A DNA stretch of 48,871 bases from Candidatus Krumholzibacteriia bacterium. GTDB lineage: Bacteria > Krumholzibacteriota > Krumholzibacteriia > WVZY01. A program made the translations under genes and the position numbers. Below the pieces are notes generated by a model. The model had not been told where the DNA came from. It made no database searches and worked only from the letters and a program-made list of their open reading frames with translations. Below are positions 37,240-48,871 of this stretch, in pieces. Position 1 is the first letter of the stretch, and the number at the start of each line of letters is the position of its first letter. The stretch is from the NCBI GenBank assembly GCA_036478295.1, contig JAZGDW010000085.1, positions 1-48,871 on the forward strand, read 5' to 3'.

Positions 37240-38519
37240 CGGATACGAGCGCCGTCGATTTTTTCGAGCTGATCCATCGCACCGGCCCTGATGACACCCT
37301 TGAGGATGCACAGCTCGCCTTCAACCGAGCTAGTAGACTCCTCGAGAAGGCCTTTCGCTGCTGCGATGCCCTTACCGTCGACGGTTTGAATCATGACTTC
37401 TACCTTGAGGCTCTTGCCAAAGAGTCTTTGGTTGATACGCGTTTTCAACTCTTCGAGCCCTTCCTCGCAGCTCGCGGAAATGAACACTGCATCCGGGTGC
37501 CGCAGTTTGAGGCCTTCGACAGTTTCGTCATCCACCGCATCAATCTTGTTCAGCACGTAGAGCACGTGGTCCGCTGATCCGTTGATGGCCTTTAGCGTGC
37601 TGTCGGCGACGGCCATTTGATCGGCGTAGGCATGATGGGCGACGTCAATGACGTGCAGACACAGATCCGCATGCGCGATGTCACCGAGCGTTGCCTTGAA
37701 GCTCTCGACTAGGTGGTGCGGAAGCTTGCGTATGAAACCGACCGTATCGACGAGCAGAATCGACGTATGGTCGCTCGTATCGAGGCGGCGGGTCAGTGTG
37801 TCCAGAGTGGCAAAGAGCTGGTTCTCGGCCAAGGTGTTTGCGCCGGTGAGCGCGTTCATCAACGTCGACTTTCCGGTATTGGTGTATCCCACCAGGGCGA
37901 CCACAGGACGGCCGTTGTGTGATTTGCGGAGGATATCGGTGCGCTTGTCGAAGTTCTTGAGTTGTCGCTTGAGACGGGCAATGCGTTCACGTACCCGGCG
38001 ACGGTCGACTTCCAGCTGGGTTTCACCCGGGCCTCGGGTGCCGATACCACCCTGCTGGCGCGACAGGTGATCCCACAGTTTCTTCAATCTGGGCAGCATG
38101 TATATCAGCTGCGCCAGTTCGACCTGGGTCTTGGCCTGTTGGCTCTTCGCATGACGCGCGAAGATGTCGAGAATCAGCTCGGTACGGTCGATTACGTTCA
38201 GCTGCAGGATTTCTTCGAGGTTTCGGGCCTGGGCGGGGGACAGGTCGCGATCAAAGATAACCAGGTTGGCGTTGAGCTCGTTGCATTTGTCTTTGATTTC
38301 TCGCGCTTTGCCCGCACCGATGAAAGTGGTTCCGTTTATACGCGTCCGTCCTTGAATCGTCTTTCCCACGACGACGGCACCGGCCGTGGTCGCCAGTTGC
38401 TGCAGTTCTTCGAGGTGCTCCTTCTCGGTCGCGAGGGGGCTGTCTGGCAGGCTCACTCCGACGAGGTAGGCCCTCTCCACCAATCTCTCCTGTAGGGCAA
38501 CTTGGAACCCCTGCTTCAC
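37227..38519 (-). CDS. hflX: Ribosome-splitting GTPase HflX
   Basis: 'GIGTRGPGETQLE.DRR', G1 GYTNTGKS, LFATLD, DTVGF, NKID. Confidence 0.96.
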   Translation of the reverse strand: MKQGFQVALQERLVERAYLVGVSLPDSPLATEKEHLEELQQLATTAGAVVVGKTIQGRTRINGTTFIGAGKAREIKDKCNELNANLVIFDRDLSPAQARNLEEILQLNVIDRTELILDIFARHAKSQQAKTQVELAQLIYMLPRLKKLWDHLSRQQGGIGTRGPGETQLEVDRRRVRERIARLKRQLKNFDKRTDILRKSHNGRPVVALVGYTNTGKSTLMNALTGANTLAENQLFATLDTLTRRLDTSDHTSILLVDTVGFIRKLPHHLVESFKATLGDIAHADLCLHVIDVAHHAYADQMAVADSTLKAINGSADHVLYVLNKIDAVDDETVEGLKLRHPDAVFISASCEEGLEELKTRINQRLFGKSLKVEVMIQTVDGKGIAAAKGLLEESTSSVEGELCILKGVIRAGAMDQLEKIDGARIRYLL

Positions 38520-38688
38520 TTAGCGGATTCCTCCCGGCGATGGGTGACTATGACGATCCTCCTTGTAAAGAGCGTTGTAGCAGTCCGTTCGACTGGGCTT
38601 CTTCTATTATATGATAACAATTATTGGGCCAACATGCTGGGAAAATCGTGCCTGACTCGCACCGCTCTTCGGAGGTCCAGGGAGGGGG

Positions 38689-40515
38689 TTACTTTAGCAG
38701 CGTGAGGCGCCGCGTGATGTATCTCTGTTCTATCTGCAGCTTGATATAATATACGCCGCTCGCAACGGGGTTGCCGCTGTCGTCGACGGCGTTCCAGTTG
38801 ACCGAATGCACACCGGGAAACTCCTGGCGGTCGACGAGTACGGCGACTAGCCGACCGGTGACATTGTATACTTTTACATTGGTCTCGAAAGCCCCGGCAG
38901 ATTCGATGCGCCTGCCATCAGCGGTTTCGACCACTGACGGTACTTCGTAGAAGATTGTCGTCACGCCGCGAAACGGATTGGGAGACCCGTTGAGCAGCTC
39001 GCGGCTCAGCTTGCCGTCACTCTTCCAGAAGCGCTGTGCCTCGATCTCGGAAGGCGACCTCGGATCAGCCATGGACGCCCTGGGGCGCAGGATCGCCTCG
39101 AAGAATTCTCCAGAGCGCAATCGACCCTTTAGCGTCACGCGCTCGCGCCGCTGCAGAATTCTCTCGATCGCCTGCCCACGGATCACGATCCGCCGCTCTC
39201 CCGTCGGAGCAACGTCCCGTTCCACCTGACTCTCGTCCACACCACTGAAATAGGAAATGTCGTCGGGGTCCACCGGCTTGTCGCCCAGCTCTTCAAGCTC
39301 GATAGATAGTCCCGACTCGACTCCAGTGACGGGCCGGTAGTAGCCCCAGAGAACGCGGGGTGTCATAGACACCGGTGGAGGCAGATAGGTATGCGTGCCG
39401 TCACCCGTGTAGGTCTTGAACGCATTGGTCGCAGCTTCGTCCACGTTCGAGCCACGAGGCACCACAACCAGCGCGAAGTCGATCCGGACGGTCTCGCCGA
39501 CAAGCAAGACATCGCGGGCGGGGGACAAGGCGTAGACGTTTGCATCCCCGTCGATTTGAATCCCCCTGCGACCGACCCGGCCCGCGCCGGAACCCCGCCG
39601 ACCCACCGTTTCTTTCGTGCCTCCGTTCGCACGCGCTTGCACCGCCATGCTGAAATCCTTCGCCACCGGCGCGTAACCACCCAGCCATCCCGTATCCCGG
39701 CCGCGCTCCGGCATCGCGACCAGTGCAATGCTGCCGGCGCCTTCCGTTGTGCTAACCCAGCACGCCACCGAAGATCGGCTCCCCACCGGGGCTATCGTGA
39801 GCTCCGAGAACACGAACGGTCCGCGGACCTGAAGCAACGCCCCCAAACGAAGATCGTACAGTGGCTCAGTGCCGTCATTTCTCACCTGAAGGCTGACCAT
39901 CACCGCGCCGTCGATGTTCGGCAGCGACCACGCATAACATTCCTGGTGAAAGAACAGGCTGGCACCGGAGGCCCCGCTCGCAAACTCCGTCACTACCATT
40001 TCGTCGCCAATGGCCGCAAAATCTTCATCGATCTTACCGTCGTTATCGTTGTCGACGCCGTCCAACCGGTCCTCATTGGCCCTTCCATCATGATCGTCAT
40101 CCGGGTCGAGCGACGGAGCCCGGAAACCGCCGGCCATACCCTCATAGCCCGTCGGGAGATCCCTTGTTTCTTCCTTGACCGCCAGGTCACTGAGAGAGGT
40201 ATTCACGAGCTCGATCAGTTCACCGTCCGGCCCGGCAGCGAAGGCAATAAGGCCACCACCACCGATCAGGCTCCTCCCCGTGGTCCACGTGGGAGTCAGC
40301 TCGAGCAGACCGCCACCCCGCGTAAACGACAGCCGCACCTTACCCGGTCCGATGGTCAGGTACTCGGGATCACCTGCCTGAGGGCGTTTGCCGATGACGG
40401 ACCGTCCCGGCAGGTTGACGTTTTGCGCCAACACCGTGCCCGCGACGCACAGAACTGCCACAACGGCCCAGGCCGCCAGACGCAGGATTGGATGTATACG
40501 AGCGGTATTCTTCAT
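38689..40515 (-). CDS. Secreted protein with Asp-rich Ca-binding-like repeats and FlgD-Ig/T9SS-like C-terminal domain
   Basis: Signal peptide; 'DDDHDGRANED..DGVDNDNDGKIDED'; 'GSPNPF...VASGVYY' tail. Confidence 0.7.
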   Translation of the reverse strand: MKNTARIHPILRLAAWAVVAVLCVAGTVLAQNVNLPGRSVIGKRPQAGDPEYLTIGPGKVRLSFTRGGGLLELTPTWTTGRSLIGGGGLIAFAAGPDGELIELVNTSLSDLAVKEETRDLPTGYEGMAGGFRAPSLDPDDDHDGRANEDRLDGVDNDNDGKIDEDFAAIGDEMVVTEFASGASGASLFFHQECYAWSLPNIDGAVMVSLQVRNDGTEPLYDLRLGALLQVRGPFVFSELTIAPVGSRSSVACWVSTTEGAGSIALVAMPERGRDTGWLGGYAPVAKDFSMAVQARANGGTKETVGRRGSGAGRVGRRGIQIDGDANVYALSPARDVLLVGETVRIDFALVVVPRGSNVDEAATNAFKTYTGDGTHTYLPPPVSMTPRVLWGYYRPVTGVESGLSIELEELGDKPVDPDDISYFSGVDESQVERDVAPTGERRIVIRGQAIERILQRRERVTLKGRLRSGEFFEAILRPRASMADPRSPSEIEAQRFWKSDGKLSRELLNGSPNPFRGVTTIFYEVPSVVETADGRRIESAGAFETNVKVYNVTGRLVAVLVDRQEFPGVHSVNWNAVDDSGNPVASGVYYIKLQIEQRYITRRLTLLK

Positions 40516-40522
40516 GTGTTTT

Positions 40523-40776
40523 GCGGTCCCTGCTAGATTGTTTCCTGACCCGCGCTCTGCTCGGCTATCCGTCTGGGCGGTGCGTTGTTGGATTGCCTCC
40601 GTCGCCGTGCTCCACTTCGCTCGGCTACCCGCCTACGGCGGGTGATCCTCGCTCGCTCCCACGACGGGTCCGTCAACACTCCAACAACGCACCGCCCTGA
40701 CTAGTTCCCGCAACGGCTCCGTCACCAACCCAACAACGCGCCCCCACCTGTTCCCGCATGGGGGCCCGTCAACAAT
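40523..40776 (-). repeat. Nested palindromic intergenic repeat cluster, same family as the 9.7 kb copy, opposite orientation
   Basis: Inner 18-bp perfect IR 40575-40592/40680-40697; core hairpin 40627-40643; two extra left-end units to 40776; degenerate outer right end 40523-40570. Confidence 0.9.
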
Positions 40777-40789
40777 TCAACCGGCCGCC

Positions 40790-41407
40790 TCATCTCGACA
40801 GAAAAAAGCTCAGGCTCTCCAGCGCGACGGCCAGGTTGACGTTTCGCAATCCCACCTGTTTCGGCACCACAAGCTGCCTGGGTGCAAAGTTCAAGATGCC
40901 GGATACGCCTGTTTCCACCAGAATGTCGACTATTTTTTGGGCGGTGTGGTTGGGCGTAGCGATGACACCGATGTCCACCGGCTTGGCTTCGAGAGACTCC
41001 CTCGCCTCTTCAAACGGATGAATTACAACATCTTGCCATTTTTCTCCTATTTTCTTTGGCTCCACGTCGAAGAGATGCGTGAAAAAAAACCCGTCGTCCC
41101 TGAAGCCCTGGTGAAAAAACAGGGCGTGTCCCAGACTTCCCGCGCCGAAGAGCGCCATCGTCCATTTCTTGTCGAGTCCCATGATTTTCTCTATGGCCCT
41201 TTTCAATTCCGGCACCTGATAGCCCAGGCCACGAGTACCGAAATTGCCAAAATACGAAAGGTCCTTTCGTACCTGTGCGGAGGTAACACGGCACAGCTTG
41301 GCGAGCCTCGCCGATGAGACGGTCCCTGTTGATTTTTCCTCGAGGTCGAGTAGAATCCTGTAATAACTGGACAATCTCCGGATTGTGAATTCTGATATTT
41401 TTTCCAT
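40790..41407 (-). CDS. rex: Redox-sensing transcriptional repressor Rex
   Basis: 'TIRRLS.YYR', 'SAQVRKDLSYFG.FG.RG.GY', 'GAGSLG', 'GILNFAP'. Confidence 0.95.
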   Translation of the reverse strand: MEKISEFTIRRLSSYYRILLDLEEKSTGTVSSARLAKLCRVTSAQVRKDLSYFGNFGTRGLGYQVPELKRAIEKIMGLDKKWTMALFGAGSLGHALFFHQGFRDDGFFFTHLFDVEPKKIGEKWQDVVIHPFEEARESLEAKPVDIGVIATPNHTAQKIVDILVETGVSGILNFAPRQLVVPKQVGLRNVNLAVALESLSFFLSR

Positions 41408-41535
41408 GAGCGGCACTCCCATCCCCCGATGGTTACTCGAATTCCGTCCGCCGCGGCTACTTCGTTGCACCCCGGCCTCCTTTCAAGCGGGTGCCGATCG
41501 AGCTGCCCATCGCCATCGCAACTCCCATCGCCAAC

Positions 41536-43971
41536 CTATTCCTCATCTTCCTTAACCAAAAGTGCTACGTCGGTGACCACATCTCCCTCGTCGAGGTTGA
41601 TGAGCCGCACGCCTTGCGTAGCGCGACCGATCACAGACAATTGTGAGATCGGACAGCGAATGACGATGCCCTTTCGCGTAATAATCATGATGTCATCGCC
41701 CTCTTTAACCTCATTGATCGAGACAACCTTGCCGTTGCGTTCGGTTGTTCGAATGTTGATGACCCCTTTGCCGCCACGGTGTTTGGTCGCGTAGTCGTCG
41801 AGCGCCGAACGCTTGCCGAAACCGTTCTCCGTCACCGTCAGAAGCGTGGCGTCCTTGGCAACGACGACCATGCCGACTACCTCATCTCCCGAATCGAGTT
41901 TGACCCCCCGCACGCCGGCGGCGGACCGACCCATGCTTCTCACATCGGTTTCCTTGAAACGAATGGCCCGCCCATCGCGTTTACTTAGCACGATGTCCTG
42001 CTCGCCCGACGAGACCGCCGCCGCGATAAGGGTGTCGTCGCCTCTGAGACCCATGGCGACGATTCCGCCTCGGCGCGGCCGGCTGTACCTGCTGAGCGGT
42101 GTTTTCTTTATTTGACCCTTCCGGGTCGAGGTAACGAGATACTGATCCTCGTTGAATTCCGAGACGGGGACCCGACCGGTCACGCGTTCACCCCCCGCCA
42201 GGCCCAGCAGGTTGACAATCGCTTTGCCCCGCGCCTGCCTGCCGGCGACGGGGATGTGATGGACCTTGAGCCAGTGACAGCGGCCGCGGTCGGTGAAAAA
42301 CAGGATATAGCTATGCGTCGAGGCGATGAAGATGTGCTCCACGAAGTCCTCGTCGCGCATCTTGATACCAGTAACGCCTCTGCCGCCTCTCCGCTGCGCG
42401 CGGTACGAATCGAGGGCAAGACGCTTGACATACCCGGCGTGGCTGATCGTGATAACCATGTCCTCGACGGCAATCAGGTCCTCGGCCTCGAACGTAGTCG
42501 CCGCCTGATCCAGTATCTCGGTGCGGCGTTCGTCCCCGTACTTTTTGCGGATCTCCGTCAGCTCGTCTTTGATGATGTTCAGCACCAGCTGGCGGTCCGC
42601 CAGTATCGCCTTGAGTTCCGTGATGGTCTTGAGCAGCTGCTGGTACTCGTCCTCGATCTTCTGCCGCTCGAGACCGGTGAGACGCTGCAAACGCATATCG
42701 AGAATTGCCTGGGCCTGGAGCTCGCTGAGACTAAACTGGTTCATCAACCCTTCGCGGGCCGTGGCCGGCGTATCGGAACCCTTGATTAGGGCCACTATCT
42801 CGTCGATGTGGTCGAGCGCGATCCGGAATCCCTCGAGGATGTGCGCCCGTTCCTGGGCCTTGCGCAGATCGTACTTCGTACGCCGCACCACCACGTCTTC
42901 GCGGTGCTGCAGGAAATTGTCGATCAACTGGCGAAGCGTTAGAATCTGCGGCCGGTTCTCCACCAGGGCCAGCATGGTAATTCCGAACGTCACCTGCATC
43001 GGCGTGTGTTTGTAGAGCTGGTTTTCGACCACGCGCGTGTCGGCGTCGCGCTTGAGAATAATCACCATGCGCATGCCATCCCGATCTGATTCGTCGCGAA
43101 GGTCAGCGATGTCGGAAATGGTCCCAGCTTTGACCAGCTCGGCGATGCGCTCGAGGAGCGCCGCCTTATTCACCTGATAGGGCAGCTCAGAGACGATGAT
43201 CACCTCGCGGCCGTTCTTCAGCGTCTCAACCCCCGTCCGTGCCCGCACGATCACGCGCCCTCGACCCGTCCGGTACGCCTGCTCGATGCCCAGGCGGCCA
43301 AGGACAATCCCCTGCGTGGGGAAATCCGGACCCTTTACCAGGCCAAAGAGCTGCTCGTCCGAAAAATCGGGGTCCTCCAGAATCGCGATGCAGCCGTCCA
43401 CAACTTCACCGAGGTTGTGCGGCGGGATGTTGGTAGCCATGCCCACGGCGATACCGGAGGCTCCATTGACCAGCAGGTTGGGCACCCTGGCCGGCAACAC
43501 CAGTGGCATCATGCGCGAGCCGTCGTAGTTCGGGCCGAACGTGACCGTCTCCTTTTCGAGATCGGCGAGCATCTCCTCCGCGAGCTGGGTCATGCGGACT
43601 TCGGTGTACCGCTCCGCCGCCGCCGGATCGCCGTCGACCGAACCGAAGTTGCCCTGTCCGTCCACAAGGGGATAACGCAGCGAAAACGGCTGCGCCATGC
43701 GCACCATCGTTTCGTAGATCGCCGCCGTGCCGTGTGGGTGGTAGTTACCGTTGACGTCGCCCGTTACCTTCGCCGATTTGCGGTAGGGCCGCGTATGCGT
43801 GAGATTGAGGTCATTCATCGCAGTCAAGATGCGACGATGGACCGGTTTCAATCCGTCGCGCACGTCCGGAAGTGCCCGGGAAATGATCACGCTCATGGAG
43901 TAATCGAGATAAGAACTCTTCATCTCATCTTCGATCTGAACGGGAACGATTCTTTCGCCGTCAATGGCCAT
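41536..43971 (-). CDS. gyrA: DNA gyrase subunit A
   Basis: '[16 protein letters not shown]', YHPHG, catalytic 'RYTE', GyrA-box 'QRRGGRG', six-blade CTD. Confidence 0.98.
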   Translation of the reverse strand: MAIDGERIVPVQIEDEMKSSYLDYSMSVIISRALPDVRDGLKPVHRRILTAMNDLNLTHTRPYRKSAKVTGDVNGNYHPHGTAAIYETMVRMAQPFSLRYPLVDGQGNFGSVDGDPAAAERYTEVRMTQLAEEMLADLEKETVTFGPNYDGSRMMPLVLPARVPNLLVNGASGIAVGMATNIPPHNLGEVVDGCIAILEDPDFSDEQLFGLVKGPDFPTQGIVLGRLGIEQAYRTGRGRVIVRARTGVETLKNGREVIIVSELPYQVNKAALLERIAELVKAGTISDIADLRDESDRDGMRMVIILKRDADTRVVENQLYKHTPMQVTFGITMLALVENRPQILTLRQLIDNFLQHREDVVVRRTKYDLRKAQERAHILEGFRIALDHIDEIVALIKGSDTPATAREGLMNQFSLSELQAQAILDMRLQRLTGLERQKIEDEYQQLLKTITELKAILADRQLVLNIIKDELTEIRKKYGDERRTEILDQAATTFEAEDLIAVEDMVITISHAGYVKRLALDSYRAQRRGGRGVTGIKMRDEDFVEHIFIASTHSYILFFTDRGRCHWLKVHHIPVAGRQARGKAIVNLLGLAGGERVTGRVPVSEFNEDQYLVTSTRKGQIKKTPLSRYSRPRRGGIVAMGLRGDDTLIAAAVSSGEQDIVLSKRDGRAIRFKETDVRSMGRSAAGVRGVKLDSGDEVVGMVVVAKDATLLTVTENGFGKRSALDDYATKHRGGKGVINIRTTERNGKVVSINEVKEGDDIMIITRKGIVIRCPISQLSVIGRATQGVRLINLDEGDVVTDVALLVKEDEE

Positions 43972-44050
43972 GCTTGTCTCCCTGTATTGCCATTACCGTT
44001 TTTACAACCATATCCACATTATCACTGTCTGTACCCACTGTACGCGGGGG

Positions 44051-46024
<1,974 letters not shown>

Positions 46025-46324
46025 CTACTGTCCCGTCTCGAATCGAATCCGGTGAAACTCGATATCCGGCGCGCTTTCCCTCAGCTTCCGGAAGATCTCC
46101 TTTTCCATAAAGTGCAACTCCTGCAGCCACGCGCTGTGGCTGACCTCCACGTACAGAACGCCCCGATCGACCCTGACCGCCCGCGACCTGGCGGCAATCT
46201 CCTCCCCAACGACCGTCGGCCACAGGGAGAGAAGCTCCCTCTCTTTCAGTTTTTTGTCTAGTCCGACGGATTTGAGCACGGCGGGGAGGATGTCGCCAAT
46301 GCGTAAAAACCGATTGTGATTCAT
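46025..46324 (-). CDS. dciA: DUF721 / DciA family protein (helicase-operating protein, NTD only)
   Basis: 'IGDIL...W..VVG..IA.....GVLYVEVSHSAW.QEL' pattern; canonical position immediately upstream of gyrB. Confidence 0.85.
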   Translation of the reverse strand: MNHNRFLRIGDILPAVLKSVGLDKKLKERELLSLWPTVVGEEIAARSRAVRVDRGVLYVEVSHSAWLQELHFMEKEIFRKLRESAPDIEFHRIRFETGQ

Positions 46325-46633
46325 CTATAAAAGATACCCGTTTTGGAAACCTTGTGAAACATGTTTTTTGCCATTTCTTGATTTTTAATTCCTTATAATA
46401 TATTGATGATTAATACGTTATGGCGTCGCCGGCCGTTCACCCGAGGGTTTGCGGACAAGAATGCGCGCCGTGCTTGCACCTTTGAATTCTGCCCGGCCAC
46501 GCTCGTTCCGCGCTATGAGATGCCTCTCGAAAACGCGGGAATACCGCCGGGCGGCGAAGCGCAACCATGTACTTGATCGACGCTCCCCTCAGATGTTACA
46601 TTTCGTATGCCTCTGCCTGAAGGCCTCCCGCAT

Positions 46634-47386
46634 ATGCGCTCTGCTCCAATTCGACTTCTCGCCATCGGTCTCCTGCTGTCGGTGGCCTCGCCGGTGCAAC
46701 CGGGGGGCAACCAATGGACCTCTCTGCTCCCCGACAGCCTCGCCGCCGTGGCGACACGCTTCATTGATCAGGGGAAATGCCCGTGCCGGTGCGGCAACTA
46801 TCTCCCGGGAAGCACCAGGGCGCCAACGTGTTTCGGGTGCAGCGTCGGCAAAGCCGAAGTAAGCCGCGTGGCCGAGGGACTCGCGGCTGGAATCCCTCGC
46901 GGCGACGTCCTCCTCGTGCTCAGCGAGCCGGTTTTGATCAACGTATTCGCTGACTATGCCGACGCCGGTCTGCGCGAGACCTGGCAACGCGTCGCGCGTA
47001 TCGCCGCGGAGAATGGTCTTCATCGTATTGTCCTCCGCACGCCGGCCCGCACAGAGGCTGCGCGCCGCGCGGTCGCGATCGGCGAATTCGCCCGCACTCG
47101 CGGCCGGTTCTTCGACATGCAGCGCGTGCTCATCGATCACGACGGTCCATGGGACGTACGGACACTGGTCGCCCTCGTCGAACGGGTGGGCCTGTCGCCC
47201 CGCGCGGCGAAGCGTTACGTCAAGGCCGCGGACGTGAGCGCCCAGGTCAACAAGGACCGCCAGCACGCGGCGCTAGCTGGAATCGCGTCGTATCCAACGG
47301 TCGAGATCGAGAACACGATCGTTGAGAATTCGGATGATGCCCTCCGCCGCAAGATTCGACGCGTGTTGTACGAGGATAGTATGTAG
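46634..47386 (+). CDS. Exported protein with Cys-rich N-terminal domain and DsbA/thioredoxin-like domain lacking CxxC
   Basis: Signal peptide; CPCRC...CFGC; 'INVFADY', 'G.FFDMQ..L', 'V.KD...A...GIASYPT..I' DsbA-like motifs. Confidence 0.65.
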   Translation: MRSAPIRLLAIGLLLSVASPVQPGGNQWTSLLPDSLAAVATRFIDQGKCPCRCGNYLPGSTRAPTCFGCSVGKAEVSRVAEGLAAGIPRGDVLLVLSEPVLINVFADYADAGLRETWQRVARIAAENGLHRIVLRTPARTEAARRAVAIGEFARTRGRFFDMQRVLIDHDGPWDVRTLVALVERVGLSPRAAKRYVKAADVSAQVNKDRQHAALAGIASYPTVEIENTIVENSDDALRRKIRRVLYEDSM

Positions 47387-47461
47387 GAGATCGGGGCCGG
47401 CGCTAGCTTTTCTGCGCTTCGCCGCCGAGTATGCTGCGCGTGAAAGTCGTCGCAGCGATGG

Positions 47462-48646
47462 CTACCTGCCAAGAATGGTCAGGACCCTGCGCTGCGGGTC
47501 ACCGGTAACGTGGACCTTACCGGCACCGTCGACGAAAACGTTTATCTCGCTACGGACACCAAACTCCTCCATGTAAATACCGGGTTCGACAGAAAAGAGC
47601 GTGTTGTGGAGAATCAGACGCTCGTCGCGAGTTTCGAGGTTGTCCATGTGGGTACCGTTGCCGTGGAGGTCCTGGGCGATATTGTGACCGGTGCGGTGGA
47701 CGAAATACTGGCCGTAGCCGGCCTCATCTATCACGTGCCTGGCCGCATCGTCAACTTCCCAGCCATGCAATGGCCGGCCGGCCGCGAACGCTTGCCGCAC
47801 ACAATCCACCCCTGCATCCCTCGCCTTTGCCACGATCTCGAAGATGTCGGCGTAACGTGACGGCACCGTTTCGCCCACGAATACCATGCGTGTGTAGTCG
47901 CTGTACACGGCCCGCGGTTTGTTGAGCTTGGCCCAGAAATCGATCAGTACAAATTCGCCTTCTTTGATCTCGCTGTCGGTGTCCGGCGACGGCTCGTAGT
48001 GGGGATCGCCGCTATGCGGGCCGGCGGCCACGATCGCAGGGTGGTCGGTCACAAGATTGCTGTCCTCGAAGTACCCCATGATGGTCGCCTGCACCTCGGT
48101 TTCACGCGGCGGCTTGCCACCGCGGACGCGGTCTGCAATCATTTCTACGGCGAGGTTGAACGCAGCGAGTGTGTGCTTTTCGGATTCCTTGTGAGTGTTC
48201 CACTGCTCTTCATCGAGCGTCGCTTCGAAACGCTGAATCAGGTCGCCCGAAGAGACGACTTCCGCGCCAGCGCTTCGCACCACCTCCACCGTACCCGCGT
48301 CCACCTTGGCAACGTATGGAATGGCGTTGCGCGCTGAGTATTCCATCGCGACGCGTTTCAACCCGTCGACCAGGCCGGCGACCTCCTTCTCCAGCTCTTC
48401 CCAGCGCAGATAAACGCGTTTTCCTCCTGGGAGGTGGTCGAGCGCGGCCTGCTCGATGCGGTGCACGAGCCGTATCGGAGGGCCGTCAGCGGGTACCATG
48501 TAGAACCAGCGCCGCGTATTCATCTTGCCCTCTTCAAAACCGAGGATGCGCCGGGCAAGCACGTTGCTGCCGTGAAAGTCGTAAAAAAGCCAGCCGTCGA
48601 TATCGAACTGCTTGAGCGCTGCTTGAACGGCGTCCAGGTCGAACAT
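47462..48646 (-). CDS. M24 family metallopeptidase (Xaa-Pro aminopeptidase-like)
   Basis: PHY, 'LIDFWAK', 'SDYTR', 'HRTGH', 'EPGIY', 'GVRSE' metal ligands. Confidence 0.92.
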   Translation of the reverse strand: MFDLDAVQAALKQFDIDGWLFYDFHGSNVLARRILGFEEGKMNTRRWFYMVPADGPPIRLVHRIEQAALDHLPGGKRVYLRWEELEKEVAGLVDGLKRVAMEYSARNAIPYVAKVDAGTVEVVRSAGAEVVSSGDLIQRFEATLDEEQWNTHKESEKHTLAAFNLAVEMIADRVRGGKPPRETEVQATIMGYFEDSNLVTDHPAIVAAGPHSGDPHYEPSPDTDSEIKEGEFVLIDFWAKLNKPRAVYSDYTRMVFVGETVPSRYADIFEIVAKARDAGVDCVRQAFAAGRPLHGWEVDDAARHVIDEAGYGQYFVHRTGHNIAQDLHGNGTHMDNLETRDERLILHNTLFSVEPGIYMEEFGVRSEINVFVDGAGKVHVTGDPQRRVLTILGR

Positions 48647-48691
48647 GGGTGGGCTCCTATCTAATCGTGTGGCGTTGTGGTTGTGTCTACC

Positions 48692-48720
48692 ATTCTAGTT
48701 TCCGCATCGGTATTTGTCAA
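48692..48720 (-). promoter_or_regulatory. Sigma70 promoter for the M24 peptidase gene
   Basis: Minus strand TTGACA-N17-TAGAAT, near-consensus. Confidence 0.7.
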
Positions 48721-48784
48721 ACGCGGCGCGCATCGTCGGGAGGCCGTGCGCTGTTGATCGCCTTCGCGGCCAGCGCGGGTACAG

Positions 48785-48871
48785 GAGGCGGTGCGCCGGT
48801 GGGCTGTTGACGGACCCCCATGCGGGAGCGAGCGAGGATCACCCCGCGTAGCGGGGTAGCCGAGCGAAGCG
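48785..48871 (+). repeat. Further copy of the palindromic intergenic element, truncated by window end
   Basis: 'tgttgacggacccccatgcggg...gagcgaggatcaccccgc-gta-gcggggtagccgagcgaagcg'; core hairpin 48841-48857. Confidence 0.88.

Noticed and set aside
43985..44045. DnaA-box-like atatccaca and a weak hexamer periodicity between gyrB and gyrA
   Set aside because: A single mismatched box and a very degenerate pattern, compatible with chance.
46325..46430. AT-rich tract upstream of dciA-gyrB as oriC or as a Rex operator (ttgtgaaacatgtttttt)
   Set aside because: No cluster of DnaA boxes and only a half-site match to TTGTGAA-N4-TTCACAA; more simply a divergent promoter region.

Overview
GC-rich bacterial chromosomal segment with no rRNA, tRNA, CRISPR or transposase genes recognisable. 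Several secreted proteins end in FlgD-Ig/T9SS-like 'NxPNPFN...SGVYF' tails, which points to an FCB-superphylum lineage such as a Krumholzibacteria/Latescibacteria-like group (inference). Housekeeping genes include a partial beta-CASP nuclease, gdhA, nfi, an mqnA-like gene, hflX, rex, gyrA, gyrB, dciA/DUF721 and an M24 peptidase. Envelope and secreted proteins include two tandem LVIVD/choice-of-anchor-B paralogs, an M14 peptidase, a PLD, a DUF5916 barrel, an ECF sigma/ZAS-HEAT anti-sigma/DUF4097 module, a GH113 and two GT-C-like membrane proteins. The best candidate for an undescribed system is the tight + strand operon at 17.7-27.5 kb. It encodes a POTRA-less Omp85 barrel, a lipoprotein with an atypical kinase fold, a lipoprotein metallophosphoesterase, an NTT/TLC nucleotide translocase-HEAT fusion, a non-canonical cNMP-binding protein, a PAS histidine kinase and a receiver. 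This suggests an ATP-fed extracytoplasmic phosphorylation/dephosphorylation circuit. Two further notable observations: a family of nested, covarying palindromic intergenic elements (four loci), and a GyrA whose NBTI/quinolone pocket residues are all substituted. All family assignments come from motif recognition by eye, not from database searches.
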